A stretch of 24,694 nt of DNA from Bugula neritina (taxonomy: Eukaryota > Animalia > Bryozoa). The position numbers and the translations under genes are program-made. This document shows, in pieces, positions 1 to 11,256 of the stretch. The DNA lies in contig CAXIUT010000254.1 in the NCBI GenBank assembly GCA_964035545.1, forward strand, positions 1-24,694. Direction: 5' to 3'. Numbering within the stretch: position 1 is the stretch's first letter; every line of letters begins with the position of its first letter. The notes beneath the pieces were generated by a model. It saw only the letters and a list, made by a program, of their open reading frames with translations. It ran no database searches and was not told where the DNA came from.

Positions 1-87
1 CCCAACCCCAACCCCAACCCCAACCCCAACCCCAACCCCAACCCCAACCCCAACCCCAACCCCAACCCCAACCCCAACCCCAACCCC
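1..87 (+). repeat. Left telomere (CCCCAA)n
   Basis: Perfect C4A2 tandem repeat at the window start, the Tetrahymena-type ciliate telomere repeat. Confidence 0.99.
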
Positions 88-164
88 TTTATCTTAATTA
101 GTTTTGTAATTATGAAGGAAATTGTAGATTAATTATATTTTATAGATAAAATTATAATAGCCAC

Positions 165-389
165 ATACCAGTCAAATGAAGAAACCACGGTCGAAGTAAA
201 AAGAATAGAGGTTATATTAAGTCAATTTTTCTGAGTTAACTGTGGAAGATACAGTCCCAAGGATTAAGCAATCAAAAGGTTCAACATAAGAGATATTGTT
301 GATGCATCATCCAAGAAAAATCTGGACTAAATAAAACTTTTGAAACTTATCTAATTCCCAAACTCTATATCAAGATGCAATACTGCATT
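165..389 (+). pseudogene. RPS26: Degenerate 40S ribosomal protein S26 (eS26) fragment
   Basis: Reads (I)PVK*RNHGRSKKNRG..F*VNCGR..AIKRFNIRDIVDASSKK..IPKLYIKMQYCI. The start is ATA, TGA occurs at 177-179 (Arg position) and 232-234 (Cys position), there are several frameshifts, and similarity stops after YCI. Confidence 0.8.
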
Positions 390-759
390 GGAAAAGGATT
401 CTACTCTAAATTAACAAAGTTAGATTTTTTTTTTAGAAGAAAAAAAAGACTTCTACGATGAAAAGTTCGAAGAAATCCTAATGGAAAACCTCTCATCAAT
501 CATACAGATAAAAAATGGTCAAAATAATTTATCTTAATCCAAAATTTGTCATTTTTCTTATCAAGAAATACTTCATAATTTTCCTCCTCTTTAAATAATT
601 TTTGTCTTAAAGCTCTTTATTTTCAATATTATTTAGTCTTAAACTCGTTGACTGCCAACAATGAGATTTACTTTTCGATTATCTTAATTGGAAAATTTCT
701 TTATTCTTGCAAAAATATCAGTTTAGTTTTATTATTTAATAATCATTTTCATAAAGAGA

Positions 760-1293
760 TCAATCTTCATAGATCCAAAATATTTTATTTTTTTACACCT
801 TTAAGCGATCCTGACCATTCAACTTAGCCACTCGATTAAGTAAAAGTACACAAACTACCTCAGCTCCTAACTTTTGTAACAAATTTATTGCTGCCTCCAT
901 TGTTCCTCCAGTAGCCAAAACATCATCAATTACCACGACTTTATCACCTTTGTTGATTAAATCTATCTGAACTTAAATAGTATCTTCTCCATACTCCAAT
1001 TTATAATCTTACTTTTAGCACTTTCCTGGCAATTTTCCTTTCTTTCTCATTGGATAACACCCTTTACCAACCTGTAGAGACAAAGCAGGACCAAAAAGGA
1101 AACCTTTAGACTCCAACATAAACATTTTATCGAACTAAACATTCTTTAGACGTTCAACAAAAGCATCTATAACCAGTTTATAAATGTTGGGATCCGAAAC
1201 AATTGGAAATATATCAATGAAGTCAACATCTTTCTTAAAATTTAAGTATGTTTTAGTACTTTTCTTAATCTTCTGAGCTACCTCTTATTACAT
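760..1293 (-). CDS. APRT: Adenine phosphoribosyltransferase
   Basis: [53 protein letters not shown] (PRPP-binding motif). Needs TAR=Glu. The 3' end is approximate because of 1-nt indels near 780-845. Confidence 0.93.
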
Positions 1294-1350
1294 CAATATT
1301 ATTTTAAAAATATTAATATTGAATATTAATTCTTGTAAATAAAAGATCAT

Positions 1351-4056
1351 TCATTCATATGGGGTTTCTCGACCTTCTGATTTATTATCATTGATATATC
1401 TTTTTTCTGGCAAAGAACCGCACTGCAAAGCATGCTAAATCCAAAATTTGTCTTCTGCCATTACATCACAGCTACAAAACTGACATCTTTCCCAGTTAAT
1501 TCCAAGCTTCTTCTTGCAAGTATCTTTCGCTATATGTTGATTAATCTAACTTATTTCAAAAGCCAAACCACACTTTTTGCATACTCTAAACATATGGTAT
1601 TAATCACACTCTGTCAACATATGTTCTGTAAATTCTCGTATGTAGATCAAAGAATCACATCTTTCACAATGAGCTAGTACCTTGCAGTCCATGATTAAAT
1701 GATTTTTTTCATCTTCATATTCTAACATGCAATAAATACAAATATTTGAAGATTATTATTCAACTTAGTCTGGAAGTACTCTAATTTCACTATCTCTTCT
1801 AGAACTATTTCTTTTCGAATGACCCTCCTAAATTGACTCTTAAAACACTGATTCTCGACTATAGGAAAGCTAAAAGTTCATGTTTTAGCTATCTTTTTTA
1901 CTGTTCTTTGACTGTTACATCTTAGGAATTCGTTCTTGATGAACATAATGAGGTTTAACAAGTTAGTTTTTCTGTCTAGAAACTAATTATTGACCTGCCT
2001 CAAACCCATAAAATTCATTGTTTAACTTAGAATTTTCAAGACTTAACTTAGAATGTTCATTTACTTTTGAATAATCAATGCTATTATTCATCATATTGAG
2101 AACCATTTCGAAAAGTTCTGGTTTTTTAAGTTCTTCAATAGCTTTAAGCAGTTTTTATGACCCTAAAAGAAAGGTAAGAGCCACTAATAGTAATGAGGCA
2201 GTACTGCGTACTTTTTGGTTCGGATCTTCCAAATAAAAAAGAACCCAGTTAATAATATCCTTAAAGTTATATTCTGATTCTTTGTAATTCTCAATAAGTT
2301 TAGTCATGAGTTACAACTTTGTTATTACTTCTTTAGGTTCTCTTTTAATTCTATTTTTGTGTTTAATTAATTCCCTAATAACAATATTAACACTTAAGAA
2401 AGATATTTTGGGAAGACTAAAATAGGTGATGAAGGATAATTCTTTTATTTTACTGTTAGTATCATTCAAAAAGTTAAGTAGTTCTTAAATAATTACTTCT
2501 ACAAAGAAAGGAAGATGCTGTAAAGTGAATCTTATTTTACATTAAATCATTTTTAATAGAAGTTGAAGTGTCTAAATTGATAAAACTGCCTGTTTTGATA
2601 TTATTATGAGAGATAACATTTAAAGAGAACCCATAAACTGTTACTTTGTCTCTATTTAATGTATCTTCCCTTTGAGAAAACGAATGGCTTAAAGTTTTCC
2701 TTTCCAATTCTTATTCTAACAACATTGCCAAATCTTTTCAGGCAAAAATTCAAAATAATTTTAAACTCTTATCCTAAGTTTATGATCTAAAGTTTTTAGC
2801 TAAAGTTGAAAGGACTAATTGGCCATGGAGGTTTCAATTTATCTTTCACTCAATTGTTTGAGTTAGTATAAATCTTTTTTGGGTGTAGGACTATCATGAT
2901 TCTGTTTTTTTTTCAGGAATAACTGAATATGTAATATCAGGGAACCCATCCCTTCTTTTCTAATTAGTTTACAAAGGTAAATTTTAAAATTTTTGTTTTT
3001 CTTTGTTTTATAAAGCAGGTAGGATTCTTTAATCATGAGGATTGACAGATACCTTAAAGATATTTTTATTTCTCTCTGTTTCAGGAGATTTAAATTGAAA
3101 AAGATCTCTATCTAAATTTTACTGTTTTTTCGATTCATTGATCGGAGAAATCTATTTTTCAACAACTCTAGAATATAGATTTTGAGAGTAAAATTGCTCT
3201 TCATTTTTGAACAGTTCCTACTTTTGATACTACACAACTTCTTTCTTTTTATTTATCTCACTCTTTATACGGTGACACTTATCATAGTCTTCATTTTTTC
3301 AAAGCCTATTTTTTTCTCTCTTTAAAGACGAACCATTTCAGTTTATAGTTGTTTGAAATTTAATAAAACATTCTTCAAGTTAGCTGCTTTCTGGTATTCT
3401 TCTCTTGTTACTGATAGTTCCTTTTATTGTTCAAGTTTTGAGTAGATATCCTTAAAGAGAAGAGAAAAACTGTGATTTTTTGGTTCCTTTTTAATCTAAT
3501 CCTGAATTGTACGAACATTGTGACTAATTTAAATTGATTTAACAGCTTAATCTTAACTAGTGTCTTCATCATTGAGATCTATTCCGGCTAAATCTTTTAA
3601 ATTTAGTACTTCCCCTAATATAATAAGGTCTTAAAGAGCCACTTGGTTCAGTAAATTCAAATCATTTTGGTAATTTTCATACATAATTAGCCGAATATGA
3701 GTGCAAGAAAATTAAAAATAAAGAGTTTTTTATTCTTTTAGCTCAAAACAAGACTGCATATTGTCTGTTGGTACTAAGTGTCCTATTTTTCTGTAGGGAG
3801 ATTGACATCCTTGCTTCACAAAAACCTCAATCATACGAGGTATTTTATATTGATGAAATAATAAATGAAGTTTTTTTGTCATGATAGGAAGATAAAATTG
3901 AATAGTAATACTTTGAGGATAGCTACAGTTGACTTCACTCTGCCATCCTTCTTGGTTGTTCAATAGGTTGCTAACTGGATACCTTTGATGCTAGCTTGAT
4001 ACAGAATTAACCCTATACTTGACCTAACTCATCTCTTTAAATTTGAAATATAACAT
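1351..4056 (-). CDS. CEP104: Centrosomal/ciliary-tip protein CEP104-like (~900 aa)
   Basis: N-terminal GWQSEVNCSYPQSI..LLFHQYKIP..NLLNQVAL matches the CEP104 N-domain. It has a central helical region and a C-terminal Cys/His zinc-finger array (CERC..EHMLTEC..CKKC..RCQFC..WIEH..C), ending in TGA 1351-1353. Confidence 0.8.
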
Positions 4057-4194
4057 TAAGAGTCTAAAGAAATATTAATCATAAATAATATTTTATAAAT
4101 ACTAAATTTGGTCAATAGAAATTAAGCAATATTTTTAGACAAAAGTAATTATTTAAGGTTTAGAATGAAAAGAAAGCAAATTACTAAGATATAA

Positions 4195-5611
4195 TCATTT
4201 AAAATCTTCTTATTTATTTTCTGTTTCTTCTTCTACAAACTAAATCTTTTTCTTCTGACCCAAACTCCTTCTGAATAGATAAAATGATACCTCACTGCTA
4301 CAAAATAGTCACAGATAGATCCACTAAATAAACATAATGTTAACATTCCCATCAATATCAAATAAAAAATAATACTCTTTAATATGTTGTCAGGTTTATA
4401 GTACAAATTAACATCTTTTTCGAACTCACAATTACTATTAATTTGTATTCTAATTTATTGTGAAACAAGGTCAAAAAATATTTTTTTATTTCTCAACCAA
4501 ATATCTCCCAAAATAATATATTGATCTTTTTATTCCAAATGAGGTTTGAAGCCAGTACAGTACAAAGAAGAATACACTCCACCTCTCATATCAATCAAAT
4601 ACTCACTTGGCTTCAGTTAAATCGAATCCAAACCTAAACTAAAAGAAAATACAGGAAATATCTTGTCTATATACTCCTTCATAGTCTAACTGATATCCTA
4701 TTTATTTATTTAAAAACAAGATTCTCGTCGAACACAGTAAACTATATTCTACTTGCAATATTTTATTAACTACTTTTCTATCCTCTTGTAGACCTTCTGA
4801 GGAAATATTACCATCGATGATCCAGTGTCTAAATTCATACTTAATTCCTTTATTTCATCCTCTTTCTAGAACAAAGATACTCCTCCTAAAGATAAAGAAG
4901 TTATTCCTTCAAGCATAAATCTTCTTCCGATATACTTAACACTCATTTGATACTATTCTTCAACCTATGGATCACGACCTAGTTCTACATATCCTCCATT
5001 ATCACCCAAACAAACAGAAAATTCTTTACTATGGTTGGTATATTTTTAAAACCACTGATAAAAAATGTTTTAGGAAGGAAAAGGATGAGCTCCAATAATT
5101 CCATTAGCTGAAATGTTAATTTATCCTTGCATGAAAGTGGAACATCCGAAGAGAGCATCAAAAGATTGTTTTTCTTCTTCTTCAGAAGGACTAAAGGTAA
5201 AAGTTTATTTGAGAATATATCCCTTCATAAGAGAAGTAGATTTATAATAAGACACAGAGTATCTACACATCTCATTGTCATTAGTTTAATAACAAGCATT
5301 TGTACACTTGTAACTGGTGCTATTCTAAATAAGGTCTTTTTTACACAAAATTATTTTTTTGAAGATGTACTGACTTCATGTTCATAGTTGGTATAGATAC
5401 TAGAAGGACAATTCGCACATGACCTACACTTGATAGTCAATAAAGAACTACCTGTGTCAAACAAAAAAGCCTGCTTTTGTTCTGGTTTTCCCATCCACAT
5501 CTCCAAGTAGTAGAAACCTAATGACTGATTGCCAAACAGCTACAACTTCTTATAAGATTGACTCTCAACCTTAAAAACACACATCAACACCAGTAATATC
5601 ACCAATTGCAT
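4195..5611 (-). CDS. Pepsin-family (A1) aspartic protease with signal peptide and C-terminal TM segment
   Basis: Signal peptide MQLVILLVLMCVFKVES; FYYLEMWMGKPEQKQAFLFDTGSS (first catalytic motif); NLDTGSS (second, ~4820); ILGDIWL; hydrophobic tail SIIFYLILMGMLTLCLFS; TGA 4195-4197. Confidence 0.9.
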
Positions 5612-5754
5612 CAGATATTTAGCAAAAATATTAAGTATTAATCATCAAATTAAATATTGAGTTAACAAATTTCTAATCTTAGCTTATTGAATATCTGCCG
5701 ATCAATTTATTTTTTATTAAAGAATTATTTACCCCTAATTATTTAAATAGGTTT

Positions 5755-6367
5755 ATGTAACCAAAAAAATTAGAACTAATGTAAAAAAAAGCTAAACTCT
5801 TCCTCCTCAAAAATAAATAAAATGGTAATTTCAACCAATACTGGTACTCCAATAAAACAATACTATTCCTAGCTAAACAAGCAACCAAAAGTCAACGCTG
5901 CTGCTTCCTCTCCACCCCGTCCATCTACTATGCCATCGAAAACCCCAATAATTAACTTCCTCTCTATGTCTTTGATGTACTTCATCCTCACTCAGTTTGA
6001 CTCTAAATTTGGACATAACAACCCTAACTACTTCCAATACGACTTCAATCACCCAGAACTCATCCCATAAAAGTATCATAACTTTTTTGATTTCGTACTT
6101 GCAGACCCACCCTTTATCACTCAATAAGTGTGGCAACTTTATGCCAACGCTATTCATAAGATAATAAGAAGAGATGAAGAAGGAAAAGTCGTAGGAAGGA
6201 TTTTATTGAGCACTATTCAGGAAAACGTTAATTTTCTATGTGGAATGCTAGGAGTAAGTGCCAAAAAATATAAACCATCAATTCCCAATTTGGTATATCA
6301 ATATTGCTTGTACAGCAACTATGAAGATTAAGAACTCGATCAGGTCAATCAAGAAATAGGATAGTGA
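5755..6367 (+). CDS. EEF1AKMT1: eEF1A lysine methyltransferase 1 (N6AMT2/Efm5 family)
   Basis: ENGNFNQYWYS..CFLSTPSIY..FDFDSKF..FQYDFNHP..VLADPPF..YSNYE. It has a 19-nt intron at 5977-5995, one or two apparent indels, and TGA 6365-6367. Confidence 0.85.
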
Positions 6368-6440
6368 AATACATAATGATTTGAATCTATCAATAACTAG
6401 TCTTTAAATCATATTTATCTCTATCTATGTAGACTACTAT

Positions 6441-6573
6441 TTCCAGGTTTATGATAAGGCTACTTCCAGGTTTATGATAAGGCTACTTCCAGGTTGATGA
6501 TAAGGCTATTCCAGGTTGATGATAAGGCTATTCCAGGTTGATGATAAGGCTACTTCCAGATTGATGGTAGGCT
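6441..6573. repeat. Tandem repeat, ~6 x 22-23 bp (TTCCAGGTT[T/G]ATGATAAGGCTA[C])
   Basis: Directly visible near-identical units ~160 bp before the internal telomere. Confidence 0.92.
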
Positions 6574-6734
6574 TGCATAATCTAGATTTTGACTACAATC
6601 TTGTATTAAAAATTTATCTTCATTTCTATTTAAAAATTATTTCCCATAATCTATTAACCAATACTTATTTGATACCTCTTTTTAGTATCATCAATAATTA
6701 AATCACTCTACTAACATCATAAATCATCAAAATA

Positions 6735-6810
6735 GGGGTTGGGGTTGGGGTTGGGGTTGGGGTTGGGGTTGGGGTTGGGGTTGGGGTTGGGGTTGGGGTT
6801 GGGGTTGGGT
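6735..6810 (+). repeat. Internal telomeric tract (GGGGTT)n
   Basis: About 12.5 perfect G4T2 units in right-end polarity, preceded by AT-rich non-coding DNA. Confidence 0.98.
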
Positions 6811-8252
6811 AGCCAAAACCAGCACCTCCTCTATCTTCTGTTCCTCCTAAAATACATAGTAAGTCTACCCATGATCCTAACTTACTTGTAATGTGCCAAA
6901 TTTGCTCAACTCTTCTCCAAATACTTCCCACTCATGATTTTTCTTTAAAAAAGGACTAATAACAATCCTAAGAGCATAATCTTTTGTTTTAGAAGTGAAC
7001 TCTGGTCCTAAAAGAGATATCTATCCGGTAAATTCTTGAATAAAGCAAATTATTTTATTAAAAGGCTTTGCTAAAGACAAAAGGCTCTTGCTTTTTGTTT
7101 TAATAAAGAAAATTTAGCATTCCAATAAAAGCACAACCAGTCATGAAAGAATCAAAACCTGCTTAATGACTATTTTCTTCATGGAGGTATTTCTATACAT
7201 GCTTGTAATTAATGTTAGAATAAGGCTAAAGCAACTTCTTGTTAAAACAGGCTCGATATAATGACTTCAAATCTACTTTATTGACTTGATCTTGGTCTGT
7301 AAGCGACGACTTAGCACTTTTGTGTCAAATATAAAAGGAAATAGTTATTTATATGGTTAGAAAACTCCTCAAAAGTATCAGGCAACTCAGATATAAAAGA
7401 CTGATAAATTAAACCCAAATCCAAATTAGGAAAATGACCTACAATGGGCTTACTGCATTGAATAATCTTAGCTACAATTGCTTATAGCCTTCTCTTTTCT
7501 TGAGGTTTTTAAATATCCATCGGTTCAAAAGATATATCGCTCATCTTTTTGCAAGTATCAACATAATTTTGAAGTTCTTCCTTTTCTTCCTAGTAGATAA
7601 CCACTGGTTTTGAATATAATCTACAAAGATATTAATATCTTTCAAAATTTTTTTTTGGTTTATCCATACTGAAGTCATATTTGTTTCTGAAATAATCCAA
7701 AATCTTCTTTGTTTTGAAGTCGATTCTGGTTGGTTCTCCATAAGTCAAAGTTTTATCAATATCTTAAACAATTTGTTTGTCTTTAACTCCCCAAAAGGTC
7801 TTAGAGGTTATGTTCCTTATCCATGAGAGGATCGATGACTGGTTTATCAATATTAGGTCCTTCTATTCTTTGGAATTAAATTCCATTTTGAAACACCTGG
7901 TTGAAGTTCATGTGATTGTTGCTTAAAAAAGCCATACTTTCCCATTCAGCCAGAAAGATGTTGTTATAGTTTTTGCGCCATTGTGAAGACACATAAAAGT
8001 TGTAGCTTCGAGGAATGTACTATCCATTCTCCCAATGGAAGAGAGTAATGCCTAACTGTAGTAAGTTAAAATTGAAAGCTGTTTATTTAATACGTTCGTA
8101 GAACTCACGATAGTCAGGGTAAAGACCTTCGATTTGTTAGGTTTGAGTCACTAAGCCGTGAATTCACAATCAAATGATACAAAGTGACATGTTTCTATTT
8201 ATTGGAGGACAAGTTCAATGTGTTGTTAAAAATTTTTGCAGTCCACCTGCAT
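6811..8252 (-). CDS. PARN: Poly(A)-specific ribonuclease PARN-like (CAF1/DEDD family), 3'-truncated at the telomere tract
   Basis: MQVDCKNFEQHIELVLQEIETCHFVSFDCEFT..LLQLGI..YNFYV..AFLSNNHMNFN..KPIVGH..FDTK..HEAGFDSFMTG. The frame runs into the telomere with no TGA. Confidence 0.85.
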
Positions 8253-8387
8253 CTGTTGTTATATAACTACAATACTCTTTGACCATTATAATTCTTCTCA
8301 AATAAAATTATCATCTTAACTCACAAATTTAGTTTTCAATTGATAATTAATAAAATAAAGTACTTAATAAAGAACTCAGTTCTACGA

Positions 8388-10214
8388 TCAAATGTCAGCA
8401 AAAAGGATGTTGTAAGTTCGTTTGTTCCAATAGTCTTCTTCTCCATCATAATAAGCTCCAGGACCAGGAGCTCCTTTCTTCCCATCTCTAAATCTGGGAT
8501 CTTTGCTCTTAAATACACTGTTGTTCTTTAACATCTTAAGCTTTCTCTCTTCTCGATGCTTATCCTGAATTTCCTTAATGATATCATCATCTTCATAGTC
8601 TTCTTCAACCTTGGGAGCATCTCGAAATCTTGCTTCTCCCACTCCAAATCCAGGCTTCTTGATTACCAGGTCAGGGTCTTCCTCTTCCTATTTGATTACT
8701 CTCGTTGCAATATCATTGTGAATAATATTATAACTACCAATTGCAGGTACTATTTTCTTCTCATCAATAATCTTTCGATCTATTTTTGATTTAAAAGCAG
8801 AAGTGATTTCTTTTTCTCCATTTATTTGTTGAGGCTGATAAGACCCAGGTCCTGGTTGCTAATCTTCATCATTCTCTTTACTTCTGACTTAAGTAGACCC
8901 AAATTGTCCTCTGTATCCTCTCTGAATCTTGTAAATCAATTTATCTTCCATAGTGTTAGCGAGGTTAATATGTACCAGGACCAGGTATCTTAACATTAGG
9001 ATTTACAATAGAAGGACATCTAAGTTCTCCATCTTTAGCTTTCACTTCTTTTCTGTTTTTAGACTTCTTCCCAAACTTAAATCCGACATCATAACTTCCA
9101 GGACCAACAATAGCATGATTCACAGTCTGAGTTCCTTCTGTCCTCCTTCAAATCGTTTACTACCTCCAAAAGTTGAAGAGGACTTCTTTGTTCTTTGCCT
9201 TGAGACCTGAGATATTTCTAAATATGATCCTGGTCCTGGTGTAGTATCATCAATATACTCATACTAACTATCTTCATCAGAATCAATATGAGTTGAAACA
9301 GGTCCTCCTTTTTCAGAAAATATCCTACTTTATGTTTGATTTTAATATTTTTCCTCTTTGATTTGTTGATTAGCTTGGGTGAAGGCTCCTTTTCTTTGGT
9401 CCATAGTTCTCATGGTTTTGCTTGCAAAGTTAGAAGAAGGCTTATAGTTGTATAAAGGACTAATAGTAGCAGCTTAATATGTTCCTGGACCAACTAGAAT
9501 ATTATTTTTTTAATCATTTTTTTTTCCTTTAGGTTGAGACCAAGATGAACCTCTTGACTTGACCATATTGATATTAGGATTGTACTGTCCAGGTCCAACT
9601 CTATCATTTTTTTATCCTTGAAGTACTAAATCGGAGGCTAGTTGAGCTATAGCTCTGTATTTTAATTTTAATTATATCCATAAGCATGAATATTGGAAGG
9701 AATGGAAGGAATGGATTGATATTGATTGATGTTGATCAGGTGCTATAAAATTTTAGGTTTAGTAGTAGTTGTATTAGTACTGAGCATTTTAGGTCTAACT
9801 TAAATTCCTCTATGATTACTATGTCAATAAATAGATACTACTAACCAGGCCCAGGAGTTATAGCTTCCTCTTTCACTTCTCCAAACCTAGCCACTCCAGA
9901 TTTGAACACAGGATTAGGTCTCGATATCTACAATATTTTGATATCTTCAGTTTAGCTGGAGACAATTATTTTTTATCCATTATGTTGTGTATCAATATTA
10001 TAAGATCCAGGACCTACCATTGAGGCTAGAGCATTTGTGTTTTCCTTATGTTTAGGTTCCATGCTGCCAAAAGGAACATAAGCTTTAGGTATTTTATTTT
10101 AGTGATGGACTTCAAAGTTGTAGGCACCTGAATCTATTAATGGCTACCTGGACCAACTACCGGATTTACCTTTGCTACAGCAGGAGGCTTGTCACTTCTG
10201 AATACGAATGCCAT
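8388..10214 (-). CDS. Sperm-tail PG-rich (SHIPPO) repeat axonemal protein, STPG2/ODF3-like
   Basis: Multiple (P/V)GPGxY repeats (VGPGAY, VGPGSY, VGPGQY, VGPGTY, PGPGSY, PGPGTY, PGPGAY). It starts MAFVFRS, has a 20-nt intron at 10128-10147 and ends WNKRTYNILFADI-TGA. Confidence 0.85.
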
Positions 10215-10253
10215 TAAATTTATTATTATATGACTTAATATAACTGACAATAT

Positions 10254-10378
10254 TAAGTTCAATTACCAGAACTCAACTATCATTCAATCATTACGTTAAC
10301 TATCATCTATCTAATTGTAAGTTCAGTTACCAGAACTAAACTATAATTCAATCATTAAGTTAACTATCATCTAATTGT
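10254..10378. repeat. Intergenic tandem duplication, 2 x ~62 bp
   Basis: TAAGTTCA[A/G]TTACCAGAACT[C/A]AACTAT..TTAACTATCATCTA..ATTGT occurs twice. Confidence 0.85.
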
Positions 10379-10444
10379 CAAAAATAAAGAATTGCCTTTA
10401 AGTTAGCCTCTTAGTAGTTTTATATGATAATTAATTGAGACTTA

Positions 10445-10980
10445 TCAAATCTGTTAATTTTCAGCGATAGGATTAGCATGAATAGTCACTTTATGGATTT
10501 TTATATCGTTCAAAGGTCTATCACTTCCATCTACTGGCTCCTTTTCCATTAATCCAAGGCCTAAAAACCATCTATTATCTAGCTTAACACCAAAATACCC
10601 TAGCAAATGCAGTATACTGCTTATTCAATTTAGACATCCGATTGTATGTTATAAAAAATTGACTGCCATTCGTATTAGGTCCACTATTTGCCATTGAAAT
10701 TATCCCTCTCCGGTCCATGCTTGATACTATCAACCATTTAATCTTCAAAATGGCTACCATATATGCTTTAACTTTCTTTACCTGTTCCACTAGGATCTCC
10801 TCCTTGAATGATAAACCCTTAATTACTATTAAAAAAACCTTTGATGTTACGATGAAAGATAGTGTTGTTGTACTTTCCACTAGCAGCCAAGGCTAAGAAA
10901 TTCTTCGAGGCTTTAGGACAAAGTTAGCAAAATAATTATAACTTGATGTTTCCATGAGTAGTGTGCAAAGTTATTGACAT
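10445..10980 (-). CDS. PPIL3: Cyclophilin-type peptidyl-prolyl isomerase, PPIL3-like
   Basis: [79 protein letters not shown]. Introns at 10818-10838 (21 nt) and 10579-10598 (20 nt). Apparent +1 indel near 10715 and -1 indel near 10550. Confidence 0.93.
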
Positions 10981-11003
10981 GGATCTCTATTGAGTCTATT
11001 CTC

Positions 11004-11205
11004 TCAAAAAACTATTACCAAATCAAAAGCTATTACCAAATCAAAAGCTATTACCAAATCAAAAGCTATTATCAAATCAAAAGCTATTACCAAATCAAAA
11101 ACTATTATCAAGTCAAAAACTATTATCAAATCAAAAGCTATTATCAAATCAAAAAACTATTATCAAGTCAAAAACTATTATCAAATCAAAAACTACCAAG
11201 CTATT
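11004..11205. repeat. Minisatellite, ~11 x 18 bp (TCAAAA[A/G]CTATTA[C/T]CAA[A/G])
   Basis: Directly visible; it fills the spacer between the kinase stop and the PPIL3 start. Confidence 0.95.
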
Positions 11206-11256
11206 TTAAATTAGGACAATAAAAAAGAAAATTATATTAAAAAAAAGTAAGAAGTA

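Noticed and set aside
177-234. TGA readthrough or reassignment in RPS26
   Set aside because: The two TGAs replace different residues (Arg, Cys) in a fragment that is also frameshifted and truncated, and TGA terminates all intact genes.
6441-6573. CRISPR-like appearance of the 22-23-bp repeats
   Set aside because: The units abut with no unique spacers, the context is eukaryotic and there are no cas genes.
6698-6931. ORF with a (PT)n repeat in the supplied track
   Set aside because: It is the translation of the internal telomere tract plus an off-frame part of PARN.
10545-10720. Programmed frameshifting in PPIL3 (also APRT, EEF1AKMT1, PARN)
   Set aside because: Shifts go in both directions, fall in short homopolymers and share no motif such as the Euplotes AAA-TAR site. 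Long-read indel error is the simpler explanation; polishing would settle it.
10974-11222. Two repeat-peptide ORFs (YYQIKS / KSKAIT)
   Set aside because: They are translations of an 18-bp intergenic minisatellite with no independent coding evidence.
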